DNA of 64,000 nucleotides. Origin: Macrostomum lignano (Eukaryota). Of this stretch, positions 1 through 12,899 are shown in pieces. The first letter of the stretch is position 1. The number at the start of each line of letters is the position of its first letter. A program made the translations under genes and the position numbers. The DNA lies in NCBI GenBank assembly GCA_002269645.1, contig NIVC01000019.1, forward strand, positions 1,240,001 through 1,304,000, given 5' to 3'. Below the pieces are notes generated by a model. It was not told the origin of the DNA. It saw nothing but the letters and a program-made list of their open reading frames with translations, and made no database searches.

Positions 1-810
1 GGGCGGGTTGAAATGCCATCGCAACTGCTGAGAAGCCGTTCGCTGTTGAAGCTTCTGGGTATCCAAGACGTCGACTAGTTCTCGAAGCTCGCGCGCCGCA
101 CCGACGAAGTTCGTGCCGTTGTCCGAGAACAGCTCGATCGGTTGGCCTCGTCGACTGATCATCCGCTGTAGAGTCCGTAGGAAGGAATCGGTATCCATGC
201 CGAATGCCACTTCCAGATGTACAGCTCGCGTTGCCAAGCAGGTGAACAATGCCAGGTACCTTTTCTGCCGAGCCTTGCCACGGCCCTGCTTGGTGATGAA
301 TGGACCGGCAAAATCGACAGCGACCCGAGCGAAGGCACGAAGCGGCTCCTTGAATCGGCAAGCGGGCAAGGGGGCCATAATCTGGCTGGCTGGTCTGGCT
401 TTCCGTCGGCGACATTCGGCGCACTTTGCTTCCCAAGACTTAATGGCTTCTCTGGCCGAGACGATCCAAAATCGGTTTGACAGTGCCACCAGAGTTTGGT
501 TTGTGCCTAGATGTGGGACACTTTCGTGGCGATGCTTCACGATGAGCTCCGTCACGCGGTGTGATCGTGGCAGAATGATAGGAAATCGAGTGCTAAACGG
601 TAGCACATCGGCGAACTTTAGTCTCCCATCAGCGCGAAGCAGGTCGTTGACGTCGAGCTTCGGGTTCAAGTTAGAAATCGCACTGCGTCCCGGCAACTGC
701 TTTCCTGCTCGCAGACAAGCGATCTCTTCCGCAAACGTTTCTTGCTGGGCTCTCTGGATGATCTTCGATTCAGCTGCTTCAATCTCTGCTGGTGATAGCT
801 CGCCTGCTCT
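1..810 (-). pseudogene. BEL/Pao integrase region (HHCC finger plus first two catalytic Asp motifs); absent from the ORF track because it has no start codon
   Basis: Manual translation: GELSPAEIEAAESKIIQRAQQ...HRHESVPHLGTNQTL...CAECRRRK...VAVDFAGPF...TRAVHLEV...FSDNGTNFVGAARELRE...WHFNPP. Confidence 0.93.
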
Positions 811-913
811 AAAAAGAGGTCTGCTGACAAAGCTAGCGAGTGTCTTTGATCCACTTGGATTGATCTCCCCGTTTGTCGTGCAGGCGAAGATTCTGATGCA
901 GGAGCTTTGGCAG
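811..913 (+). other. Inverted BEL pol fragment inside the minus-strand element
   Basis: Plus strand reads KRGLLTKLASVFDPLGLISPFVVQAKILMQELWQ, the conserved post-RT BEL motif, in the opposite orientation to the flanking pol. Confidence 0.9.
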
Positions 914-2852
914 TCAAACTCCTTCTTGTGGTCACCTGATACGACTCGTTTTCGTCTTTAAAAGTAAATTCGTCCTGCTCACTCTGCCTCGTGATACCCA
1001 GTGTCTTGGTGCTTGGTAGTTCTTTGCTGTTCAAATTAACTTCTGCTGCACGGTCTTCAGGTGGGATTCTATCGAGCACAGGTCTCGAGTTCGAGACCCA
1101 CTTGCGCGCGTGCATGCCGGCGCGCCTCCAGAGCTCACTGAGTTGATCGTACAGCCTGCAGGCGGCTGCCTCGGTGGGCGCAGAGTCCAGGCTGTCATCC
1201 ATATAGGTAGAGTGCAGTACTGTCTCGGCCGCCTCTGGAAGCTCACCTTTTAACTTTTCAGCATGGCAGCGGGTAACGAACTGTGCCAAGAAAGGAGAGC
1301 TGGTGACGCCGAACACCACTCTGTTGAACTCGTAGACATTCGGTTGCTTTGAAGGATCGGCGTCCCGCCAAAGGAAACTGTGCAGCGGCCTGTCCTTTGG
1401 GTCCATCTCGATCTGGAGATACATTTCCGCTACGTCGCATGCGATCGCAATCGGGTGTCGGCGGAACCGAAGCAGCACGTCAACCAAATCTCTCTGCAGT
1501 TTGGGGCCCTGGAGGATCTGGTCGTTCAATCTGGCAGCCGATGCATCAAAGACTATCCGCACTTTTGTTGTAGCCTTGTCTGGCCGCAGCACTGGGAAGT
1601 GCGGCAGGAAACAGCGGCCTTCAGTCTCAGCTTGCGACACTTTTCGGATATAACCTTGCTGTTCATACTTTTCAAGGATCTCCTGATACTGCTTGCAGAC
1701 GTTCATATCCTTAATCAGCCGCTGTTCGGTGTTCTTTAGTCGCTTCAAGGCCATTGAGAAAGTGCCTGCTGGAGCCAGCCGATCCTTTTTCCATGGAATC
1801 CCGATCTGGTAACGGCCCTTCGTGTACTTTAGCGACGACTTGGCTTGCTGGACGGCTCTCTCCTCATCGGCGGTCAGCGGACTTCGATTGGCACCTTCTG
1901 AGACGTTCTCGATCTCCCAAAACTGCCGCAGGATCTTAGCCACCTGACCAGATTCGGAATCGCAGCTGAAGAAAGTGGCAGCGAAATGGGCGTTCTGCAT
2001 CTCAGAATTGTCCTGCTCTGTGCGACCGATGCACGTCCAACCCAGGGGAGTCAGGCGCGCCTTTGGCTCCAGCGGCTGTCCGACGATTTCTTTGAGAGAC
2101 ACGTGAAGATCCGGGTGATCAGCACCAATCAGCAAGTCCACTACTGCAGGCTCACACAGCTTCGGAAACGGCACATTTCTCAGATGAGGCCACTGCTGCG
2201 CTTCTTCGTGCCAGTCGACGCCTTTGAGGGACCCAGTCACGTGATCAGCGGTGAAGGCGACGATCATTGAGCTGGTCTGACCATCCAGACTTTCCAAGCT
2301 AAAGCAGACTGGGGCTGTCATGAAGGTCTCTGTTTGGCCATTGATGACTCCGACTTTCACCTTTTCGAGCGCTCCATGCACTCCAAGCGCTTCTGCTATC
2401 CCGATGTTGACGTAGCTCCTGGTACTGGCATCGTCGAGCAAGGCGTTCACCTTCAGCTTCCGGGACCCGTTCCGTAAGACTACAGGCACCGTTCGTAACG
2501 AGATTGCCATTTCACCAGCCGACAGAAGCGTCATGGGTCCAGTCTTTCCTGAACTAGAAGCGGATTTAGCGTCCTTGGATGCAGTCTGCTTCGCTTCACC
2601 AGACTTGGCCAACGCTTTTTCTGCATGAAGCAAGCGATGGTGGAACTTTATGCAGCTGTTGATGCCGCACCGACGACCGCGCCGACATTGGCTGCCAAGC
2701 ACATCCTTGGCCCAAGCACCGGAAACAACACTTCGCGCTCTGCGCCGCGTCCCAGCGTTTTTCCACCGGAAGCTCCTTGAACTCACTGCAGGACCACAGC
2801 TCGTGATCACCTTGACAAACAATGCAAATCTTTCGCTGTACCTTCTTGTCAC
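914..2852 (-). pseudogene. BEL/Pao protease-RT portion of pol
   Basis: ORF 666..2852 contains LRTVPV..., ALLDDASTRSY, FLPHFPVLRPDKATTKVRIVFDAS, GPKLQRDL, YMDDSL and TKTLGI. Confidence 0.93.
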
Positions 2853-3980
2853 TGTCCGTAGTCACGAAAGTCTTTGGTCCTGCTCTCGCTTTTGACGCTC
2901 CTGCTGCATGGTGGCAACGCCCTGCACAATCTCTGACGCTTCAGTCTGAAACTCTGCTTCTTGCAGCACCCAAATTCTCAGATTTCTAACACTCTCCGGC
3001 TTCCGCTGCTCAAAGATCCACCTCCGGTAGCTGGCAACCATCTGCTCAGGCAACTTTTTTTGCAGCCTCACATACAACATCCCATCTTGAAGCTCTGCCT
3101 CTTTACCCGCATCCTCAAGGTTAACGACAGCCACATCCAGTAGATTAGCAAAGCTTTTCAGATCCTTGGCGTTTCCATTTCGCACGATCGGGAAGCTGTC
3201 CAGCTCTTCCAAGTGCAGAGCAAGTTGCCTACGCTGTCCACCAAATTCTCTCTCTAGTCTCTCTTTTGCAGCCTCATATGCAGCAGCGGAGTGTCCTAGA
3301 TGTTCTATAACCTTCAAAGCTTCACCGCTGAGGTACTGCCTAAGCTGCAGCAACTTGAATTCTGGTGTTGCAGGGGCGCTGTCGATGCACGCAACAAAGG
3401 CTGCCTTCCAGTTTTCATACTTCTGCTTTTCTCCACTAAACGTTGGGATTTCAACACGCTTCAGCATCTTCCACAAATCCTTTGAAAGCTCCTTCGGGTT
3501 GGATCCTTTGCTGGACGCAGCACCGCCAGAAAGTTTGTCTAACTCACCAGCTGCTTCTTCTTGGTCACCCGCAGCGTTCTCACCGCTTGAACTCGCGGCA
3601 GGAGGGGCTTCTTGGGCTCGCTGCAATCCCCGGTTTCTGGAACTTTCGACGCGCTGAATGGCAGCTTGGTAGTCGCGCTCAGTCTCCTCCATCTCTTCTA
3701 GTAGGCGTTGTCGCCTCTCGTTGTCCTTGGCGTCGGCGTAGCCTTGATGCAGTTCTTCCTGGATGGCGCTGACCAGGTCCTGCAGGTCGGATAGAGCATC
3801 GCAGGAAGCTTGCACTTCGTCATCAGAGGCGCGCGTCTTTAGCAGCCAAGACAGTTTGTTTTTGCAACGAGTGAACGCTGCTTTTTTTCGGGATTTCTCG
3901 AAGCGCAGCTTCTCTAAACGCAGCGCGCCGGCATCGTCTTGGGCTTCCTGTTGTTGTTCATTGGCGTCGTCACTGTCCAT
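2596..3980 (-). pseudogene. BEL/Pao gag with Cys/His knuckles, frameshifted
   Basis: EIPTFSGEKQKYENWKAAF...KLLQLRQYLSGEALKVI is typical BEL gag. CIVCQGDHELWSC, CFRCLGQG and CGINSCIKFHHRLLH lie in successive frames. Confidence 0.9.
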
Positions 3981-4045
3981 CTTGGTCCTTCGTTTCACAG
4001 TAGGATTCTATTGCTTGCCACGTCAGTGGTAAGTTAGGCTTGTCC

Positions 4046-4063
4046 AACCACGCTCTGCTACCA
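4046..4063 (-). promoter_or_regulatory. Primer-binding site complementary to an initiator-Met-type tRNA 3' end
   Basis: TGGTAGCAGAGCGTGGTT lies 3 nt inside the LTR end (...TACA). Metazoan tRNAiMet ends ...CTCTGCTACCA. Confidence 0.8.
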
Positions 4064-5159
4064 AAATGTACTGTAGAAATGAAAAGACCGATGGTCCGCC
4101 AAAAACTATTTGGAGCTGAGGCTCAAGCGAGACGCTAACAAAACGAAAAGCGTAAACCGTACACAGGGCTAATAAGTAATAAGCCCTCTCGATGATATAT
4201 ATATTGCAGTCAGTCAGAATCAGCCAGCGTGGAGGGGGGTGGGTGAGATGGGCCTGGGCTAAATCAGCGTACATAGAAAATTGAATAATAAACACGTACG
4301 TACATTAAATCACGCAGTGGAATTGGAAAGAAAATCAATGCTACTAATCTACCTCCCAAACAGCCCGGCAAAATAAATGTTTTTACATTGGACTTTAAAT
4401 TTGGCGCTGCCAGAAGAGGTATAATTATACATACTTTGCTTTTCAGCCAACGAAATACCGTACATAAAACTAACAGCTCGATAAATTAGAATGCAACCTA
4501 CACTAAAAAATATCTTAGTCTAAAATATACAGAAATTCTACTTAATACTTTACTGACAGTAGAAATATAAGAAAAATACGCCAAGAGAAATTAATCTATA
4601 AATATATATACAAAAACAGCACTGTTCGTTACGCTCTGCGGTTTTTCGGAAGCTGATTTCTGAATTCCAAAAATAACAATTCTTTCTGAAAAAAGCTTGA
4701 AAGGAATATATTTTTTATTTTGTAGAATTTGGGAGACCTGGTATTAAAGAATCGACACAATATCCAGCTCAATTGCTGTTTTACTTGAGCAGCGCATAAT
4801 AAAACTTAAGACGAGTATCACTCATTTAGGAAGTAAATGCCTGCAGTGCGTGAATGATGGCACCGCCGCACTGAGGTCCGTTGAAGTCCGTCGAAGCGGG
4901 CGCACAGTGCCAAGTGGCTGCAGGGCAGGGCGACCCGGCTCCACAGTCAAGTGTGTACTTTTAAAAAATCAAATGTTAATGTATCAAAAGTTCTTTGACA
5001 GTTTGACTTTGTCAGGCTCCCACACTTTTCGCACTAACGCTCACACTGGCATTGTTTATGTTGGTTTATAATAACATTGAGGTTTGCTCGCATGCAAAAC
5101 TGCAACACATATGCATTTGGCTTCGAAATGAGTGAGTAGTTCAAATCTTGTTGAAGTGA

Positions 5160-8100
5160 TCAAATCCACTCGACTCCCATCTGTAGTTTTGAACCAAACA
5201 GCTTTCTGAGATGCGTCAGATTCTGGAAGTAGAGGCTTGTTCCCACACCATCGTAGACTGCGCCAATCTTTTTAATGTCGTGCACGGCGATCATGGGTTG
5301 CGTCTTGTCAGTGACTGGGTCCAGGTTGTTCGGGTCGGTGCAGTACCTTGGGTGATGAATTGAAAAACAGGTACAAATTCGATGACGAGTCTTTGTCAAG
5401 TTAGCATACAGAAGTTAGTAAGGGTTGTGGCCTAGTGGTTAGAGCGTCGGACTCTCGAATGAAAGGTACATCTCGATACACCTCAAAACAATTTGTGTCC
5501 TTGAGCAAGACACAAAATTCTGCAGTGCTTCAGCTCACCCAGCTGTAAAATGGGTTCCAGCATTAGCTGGGGTAATTGAGGGTGTGTGGCGACCCCCCAG
5601 TCCTTGGACTGAACAGCCGTACGCAGCCTTCAGATGCACCGCGCAATAGCTGCGGCTGAGCTGTCGGTTGCACGTCTGCTTATTAGGCCAAGTGTAATAA
5701 ATTATGTTATTTTTTTATTAAGTTGGCTAACTGAAGATGCTAAAAGGTTTGGTAACTAATGCATGAACGATGGTAACAGTTCATGCGCTTTGTATGACTG
5801 CATATAAAGCTTGAAATTTATTAAGATCGGAGCAACAGGTTGCGACCTACTCAGAGCACCAATTCTAAAACCTACTCAGAGCGCCAATTCTAAAACCTAC
5901 TCAGAGCGCCAATTCTAAAACCTACTCAGAGCACCAATTCTAAAACCTACTCAGAGCACCAATTCTAAAACCTGTTCAGAGCACCAATTCTAAAACCTAC
6001 TCAGAGCACCAATTCTAAAACCTGCTCAGAGCACCAATTCTAAAACCTGTTCAGAGCACCAATTCTAAAACCTACTCAGAGCACCAATTCTAAAACCTGC
6101 TCAGAGCACCAATTCTAAAACCTACTCAGAGCACCAATTCTAAAACCTACTCAGAGCACCAATTCTAAAACCTGCTCAATCACCAATTCTAAAACCTACT
6201 CAATAACCAATTCTAAAACCTACTCAATAACCAATTCTAAAACCTGCTCAGAGCACCAATTCTAAAACCTGCTCAATCACCAATTCTAAAACCTACTCAA
6301 TAACCAATTCTAAAACCTACTCAATCACCAATTCTAAAACCTGCTCAATCACCAATTCTAAAACCTGCTCAATCACCAATTCTAAAACCTGCTCAAGCAC
6401 CAATTCTAAAACCTGCTCAATAACCAATTCTAAAACCTACTCAATCACCAATTCTAAAACCTACTCAATAACCAATTCTAAAACCTGCTCAAGCACCAAT
6501 TCTAAAACCTACTCAATCACCAATTCTAAAACCTGCTCAAGCACCAATTCTAAAACCTACTCAATCACCAATTCTAAAACCTACTCAAGCACCAATTCTA
6601 AAACCTGCTCAAGCACCAATTCTAAAACCTGCTCAATCACCAATTCTAAAACCTACTCAATAACCAATTCTAAAACCTGCTCAATCACCAATTCTAAAAC
6701 CTACTCAATCACCAATTCTAAAACCTACTCAAGCACCAATTCTAAAACCTACTCAAGCACCAATTCTAAAACCTGCTCAGAGCACCAATTCTAAAACCTG
6801 CTCAAGCACCAATTCTAAAACCTGCTCAGAGCACCAATTCTAAAACCTGCTCAGAGCACCAATTCTAAAACCTGCTCAAGCACCAATTCTAAAACCTGCT
6901 CAGAGCACCAATTCTAAAACCTGCTCAGAGCACCAATTCTAAAACCTGTTCAGAGCACCATTTTAAAACCTACTCAAGCGAATAAATGGCTGCTCCCAAG
7001 TCATTGCAAGTCTAGAAAGTCAGTGAATACCAAAAATAGCCATAAGTTCCTTTCTCACTTTCGCAGCTGCTCAGGCCAAGTTCCACTGACTTGTTTGCAA
7101 GAATTCTTCAGCGAAACCAGTCGCATGGGCATGTAGACGCTGCCTGACGAGTTTAACTTGTTGCCCTCATAGGGATAGAAGCTGTACGATGGCGGAATGT
7201 ACACAGTCTCCAGTGGACTGCTGGCCACAGGACATGCCGCACTGTACCGCTCCAGTATTGCAGTCAGGCCGAATGGACCGGCAAAGCTGAGCGGCTTGCC
7301 CCTGGTGAATGGCATCATCTGCAGACAGTTGATGCAGTGCCGATAGAAGCTGTGCCCGGGAGCGGCCATAAGGAAGGCCGGATTGGCCAATGTTCTTGGG
7401 GGCCATTGGAATTTGAAATACTGCAGCGAGTGGGCTTCGGGCTCGCGGGTCACCACGGCGTAGAAGCGACGGTGGTCGTCCAGACTGGCAGTCAGACTGT
7501 AGTCCAGGTCCGCGTACACGCCTCCGTACTGCAAGTAGTAGAGCCAGTTTTTAACCCGGTAAATTTGGCGCGTGCCTTAATTTTATGACTAGCCAAATAA
7601 TGAAGGTTGCACCTCTTCTTTTCCTCGGTGGAAAACTAATACTCTGCATAAAGTCATACCTCGACCCAAAATAGTCAACTTTTCTCCGGTCTCAGCCCCC
7701 CCCCCCCCAAGTCTTAAAGGGAGGCTTTGATGCCAAGAGGATGCTTTTATTCTCAGCAACATCAAAAAGTCGCCATCACAGAAGATTCCAGGTAAAGTCT
7801 CTCAATCTTGCGAGTGACGCATGTTGGATGGATTAAAGCTACCCTGATCAGTTTTCTCGTATCCTTTATTTCAGAATAGTCCAAGAGAAATTGCTGCAAG
7901 AGAAAGGTGGAACTTTTGACTGTTGCTGAGTATATTGAGTAATTACTTAAAACTGACTCTTCCCAGCGTTTGTTAATTGATTTAACAAATTTTATTCAGC
8001 TTCAATTTTAATTGGGAGAATCCGGTGAATTTCTGAGCGTGTCGCAGAACAGTTAAATGTAGCTGTGGCCGAACTACTGCTGTTCTTTTAACCGCTGTTG

Positions 8101-8729
8101 GCATAACCGAAAGTATTGCTACTCTATGAAAGGTATTGATTGAGGCATTGAGCAATGTTCAAATTTTGCAATTTTTCTATATAGTCTAATTTTTATCAAG
8201 AGTTCATTCATACCTTGAACAGCAGCATGTACCTGACCATGTCCACCTGCATGATTGTATAAGGCGCCAATTCCATGAAACGCGGCAGCGCTTCAGGAAA
8301 ATGCTTCTTCACAAACGGCTGCAGATCCTGGTCACGCCAAAGCACCACAGTCCAGTCCGGGTGAACTCGGTGCCAGGTTTTCAGTTGCTCAGCGAAATAA
8401 GCGGACACGGATTCATTTTTCCATAACAGGTGTCGAATAGGTGGAATGGGATGATGGCCATCTGCCCGATGTGAACTGCTGGCCAGCGGCAGGTGCTTGA
8501 GGTAGGCAGCCTTGCAGTCGAGATCCTGGCACACTGTGGGCAGCTGTACATCTTTGCTGATCATCCGCAGGTGCAAAGTGGATTCGTTGCTACAGTAAAC
8601 TGATACAGACGACAGAAAGAGTTCAGTTGCCGTTCTATTAGAGAAGCAAAACAACCAATAAAATAGCGTACAGGTGAGGCTTGCGGCCGTTGCTAATTGC
8701 AGTTGAGTCCTGATCTGGGACCGGAACAT
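5160..8729 (-). CDS. Glycosyltransferase family 32 (DXD sugar-binding), type II membrane protein, 3 exons, ~390 aa
   Basis: Exons 8729-8214, 7528-7059 and 5346-5160 have GT-AG sites and consistent phases. The splice creates DMVRYMLLFK|YGGVYADLD (RY..L...GG.Y.DxD motif). N-terminal hydrophobic anchor is present. Confidence 0.85.
5422..5700 (+). mobile_element. tRNA-derived SINE, full-length copy, in GT32 intron 2
   Basis: A-box-like TGGCCTAGTGG head and central TGTGTCCTTGAGCAAGACAC...CAGCTGTAAAATGGG block. Homologous to four other copies in the window. Confidence 0.85.
5845..6978. repeat. Minisatellite, 26-27 bp unit (CCTACTCAGAGCACCAATTCTAAAA-like), intronic
   Basis: About 40 tandem units with variant blocks (CAGAGC/CAATC/CAAGC). 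Confidence 0.97.
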
Positions 8730-9220
8730 TGTGCATCTTCTTGGAGAAATTTCGACTTGAATGTTTGAATTTCAGCATGAAAATTTTGCCGAAAAGTTTT
8801 CAACTTGAGCTGGGTGTAACGCTATAAGAGGTATATCTATCAGCTAAAAGGCGTGCACCGACTGCCTCAAACAGCTTCTCCTGTTGGTTGGGGCTTTGCG
8901 CGCCGTATATTGAGGCCGGGAGATAAATCGGAGTGGAGTGGAGTGCAGTGGAGTTGCAGTAGCCAATGAAACTCAATCCTAGGCTAGATAGATAAGAGCC
9001 TTTCTGTTCCTCCCTTATCTTACCTGTGTTTCTACAGATTCCTGAGCCGGGGGCAATGCTACGAACTCGTAAAACTTAATCCAGATCCTTCAAGAAACCC
9101 AAGGAAAAACTGCACATTTAGGTTGGAAATAAGCTTTATAATCAAATAAACTCGACACTCAGGGGCAAAGGAGCTCTGTGGTAAACATTTCGGGCTCTCG
9201 TGCCACGATCCCTGGTTCGA

Positions 9221-9678
<458 letters not shown>

Positions 9679-10143
9679 CTTAAAGAGAACTCTTCGATTT
9701 ATAAAGTCCCAGAAATGCTCGGTGGGGTTTCACATCTCCTGGAGACTTTGACGGCCTGCTTAAATTTGCAAATTATGTTGCGTAATATCCCTCTCCCCAG
9801 ATCCCTTATGCCGCACACTGCATAGGCGTCTGGGCGTTGGCAGCCATTTCTGAATCATCGATGTCTATAATTAGAGTATTTCAGAGGGCTGTCTTTAGCT
9901 CATGCACTTTTGGCTATGGCCATAGACAAATCAATAATACTTCGTATTCCATTATTCTTGCTCGCGCACAAGTTCATCTACTAAACTAGTAAAAGACAAA
10001 AAATAATATTTATTCAAAAAAAATATTCTCGGATTATAATCGCTGCCGCACAAGTTCATCTACAGCAACATCACCTCAAAGAGAGAGAGAGAGAGAAAAC
10101 TCAAAACAAGTTTAAAGCAAAAATTCTGCCCAAAACGAAAGCA

Positions 10144-10756
10144 ATGAAAATAAAAGTCTTCTTTCTTCTGGCCTGTGCGTCGATTGCGCTTATCATTGTT
10201 ACTAATCTCTTTTATCGAAAATAAACTGCATCAAATTGGAGTCGTATCCTTTCTTGGCGAAAAAATTGGACCGCTTCAAAGATACATCTCATTCGAAGCG
10301 ATGGCCTGATTACTGCAGAGTCGCTACCAACGCTGAGCGATGTCGAACTGATCAAAAACTGTCCTCCGTACAATGAGCTCCGCAACGTCGACTTCACGAG
10401 CCCCAGCCTGCGGCACCGGCTGTGTCAGGAGACGCCGGCCTTCCAGTTAGTCAGGGGCAAGTTTCCCCTGTGTGAGCTGAACAGGGGCTTACCACACCAG
10501 ATGTACACCATTGTCAGGCAAGGGTCCCCTGTGGCCAATGTGACCCGAGCAATGGGCGGCCCTTCAATGCCGCTATTCACCTTCGGCAAAGGAGGACATG
10601 ATTTCCGGGCATCTGCTAAAGAGCGGCGCATGGGAAACTGAGTTTCCCATGGACCATGCTCAACCTGTTAAAAACGTTTCCGACAAAATCTGCAATGTTC
10701 CTCGACGTTGGCAGCAACCTTGGAATCTACAGCCTGCAGGCCAGAGAGCTCGGGTA
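10144..10756 (+). pseudogene. Disabled FkbM-like (Methyltransf_21-type) SAM-dependent methyltransferase with N-terminal membrane anchor
   Basis: MKIKVFFLLACASIALIIVTNLFYRK is followed by TAA at 10222-10224, then an open frame. DMISGHLLKSGAWE and MFLDVGSNLGIYSLQA each need a 1-nt frameshift (~10594, ~10648). No downstream exons recognised. Confidence 0.6.
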
Positions 10757-12899
10757 ACATCCGCACGCTGGTCAGGCTGCAATACTCCAATTCCTCTCTG
10801 ATACTCCTCTAGAATCCAAACAAGAGAAATTCTCAGGTTAAAAGAGTACTTACCGACGGACAAGAAACTCTGAGGATTCATCTTTAATTTGATATTTTAA
10901 AAAATAAGCTCGAGAACTGTCGCAGGACCTGAGCATTTCACGTGAATTAGAAACTCAGTGTGGATATGTGTATGTGTGTCAGTGTATGACACCTGTCCTG
11001 TAACATCCAGGTAGCATGAAATCAAGAAGCTGCTTTGAACTTTGTTTAATTTTTATCACCTGACATGTCGATTAATTGATTCAGTTCGATTGAACGGGGG
11101 CGATTTTCAGAACTCACACATGCAGCATTTGCAGTGCATCATCCTCAATATCCCTGTGGGAAATTTCGGTGCGCCAGCGGGTCGGTGACCGCGGCGCCTA
11201 GCGACGGGCGACCGTCGTCTGGGCAGCCGGTATGGACTACGCCAAGTCGGCGCCCCGACTCCGCTGGGCAACTCCTGAAATATTTCAAATAAAACTTTTT
11301 CACCCTACTTTAAGTAGTAAGTTGAGGGTATGTAAACTTTTTTTACTTTATTATGCTCTTTCCCTATTTGATACAATAGCTGCACTTGGCATTCTTCTGT
11401 GAACAATAGAATTATTCACTAAACTCATATAAATGGATCATTAGTTATCTTTAGATAACTAGATATATTTTAGCACAGAAAATGAGATATCTTGTGAAGT
11501 TATTCAAGCCGCTACTATACCAATACTTTATGCCATATATTTAGTTTGTCATAATGCTTACTAAAGGAATATACATTTATTTGAATTATAGTATAACACT
11601 TTTTTATTACCAGTAAACAAAACACATCAACATTGTTACTGAAAGTACAGCAAAGCCAAAAATATTAGAATATTAGAACATAAAGTTAGAATATACAAAA
11701 AAATTCAGCCAGAGCTGCTGAATGATGTAAACATGCTATTAAAGATATGTGTAAGCCCCACATGTATATTAAACATATTTTACTAAGTTAAACACTGCTG
11801 CAAGAAGACTCTGACGTCTCATCGATGTCCGTCCTCGTTCGCTTTTGTCGCCTTTTTGCAGCTTGCTGCTTTTTCGAGCTGGAACCCGAGCTGGAATATG
11901 AGTGTATTTTGAATTTTAACGCAGCATCAACAGAATTACGTAACAGCTATGGGTAATAAAAACTCAATACCGGTATTTGATGCTAATGTTATTAACAAAA
12001 ATTGTTGAATGTGAGTTACATTGATTGATGCATTGATGTGCAGGTGCAATCGCTCAGCCACCATCAGCACCATCATCATCAGGTTGCAAAGCCTGTCTCT
12101 GAAAAGCCGGAGAGTATTTCAGCGTTCAGTCAGGGCTAGGATGATGTTTAAGCAATCAACAAAAGCTCGCAACTCCTCGCAGCTTACCTGCCAATCTACC
12201 AGAGGCATGAATTCTGCGTCATAGGCTGGAACAATCGGGCTACTCGTTACTGTTGGCATTGCTGATGTTCTGGACTCTGAGTCTGATGCCGATTTGAGTC
12301 GGTGTGTCTCAAGTACATACATAAACGTTGGTGTATATATATGAAAAATATATGTGTGTTCTTATATATATACCAACTCAAAGTCCAGATTCTTGAGGAG
12401 GTGTGTTTTTGAAAAGTTTTGGCACAAATTAACAGTTTTTAATTTTTAAATAAGGAGCTAGGGGTACAGTGAGGAGCTCAAGAAATGTGCTCCTATGAGT
12501 ATAAGTATAAGTGTCCATTCATAGGACACTTATACTTAAGTGTCTTATCTAGTTTAAGATAAGACACTTATATTTAAGATATTTAAGACACTTAAATCAC
12601 CGTCCCTGATTCCACTGTTGGTTGGTCGATTTAAGATCACTTAAATGATTCTCACTGCTGTTGATTGAACACTCAACTGTACCCACAGCAACTGTACTTT
12701 CACGCGCACAAAATTGTCTCAAAATAGAATAGAATTCCGCTACTTTTTCAATTGCCAAAACCGTACGCGCAAGCGAATTACTGTACCACGGTAAATGCAC
12801 AAAATATTCTATATCAAAGTCCGATTTTGTCCGGTGAAAAATAGGACAGTTGCTGTAAACTAAGGAAACAAATGAACAGCCAGAACAAACAAGCAGGAT

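Larger units (their letters stand above)
1..4294 (-). mobile_element. BEL/Pao LTR retrotransposon, defective and running off the left edge of the window
   Basis: Minus-strand order is LTR (~4067-4294), PBS, gag, zinc knuckles, protease (LLDDASTRSY), RT (DVAEMYLQI...YMDDSL), then integrase. There are frameshifts near 2865 and 2705, and the RNase H region is missing. Confidence 0.95.

Noticed and set aside
113-961. 282-aa plus-strand ORF as a gene
   Set aside because: It is the antisense of the BEL integrase plus the inverted patch; only 34 codons are meaningful.
11155-11175. GGGAAATTTCGGTG resembling the RNase P RNA CR-I motif
   Set aside because: No CR-V or complementary P4 strand found downstream, and the structured region is too short.
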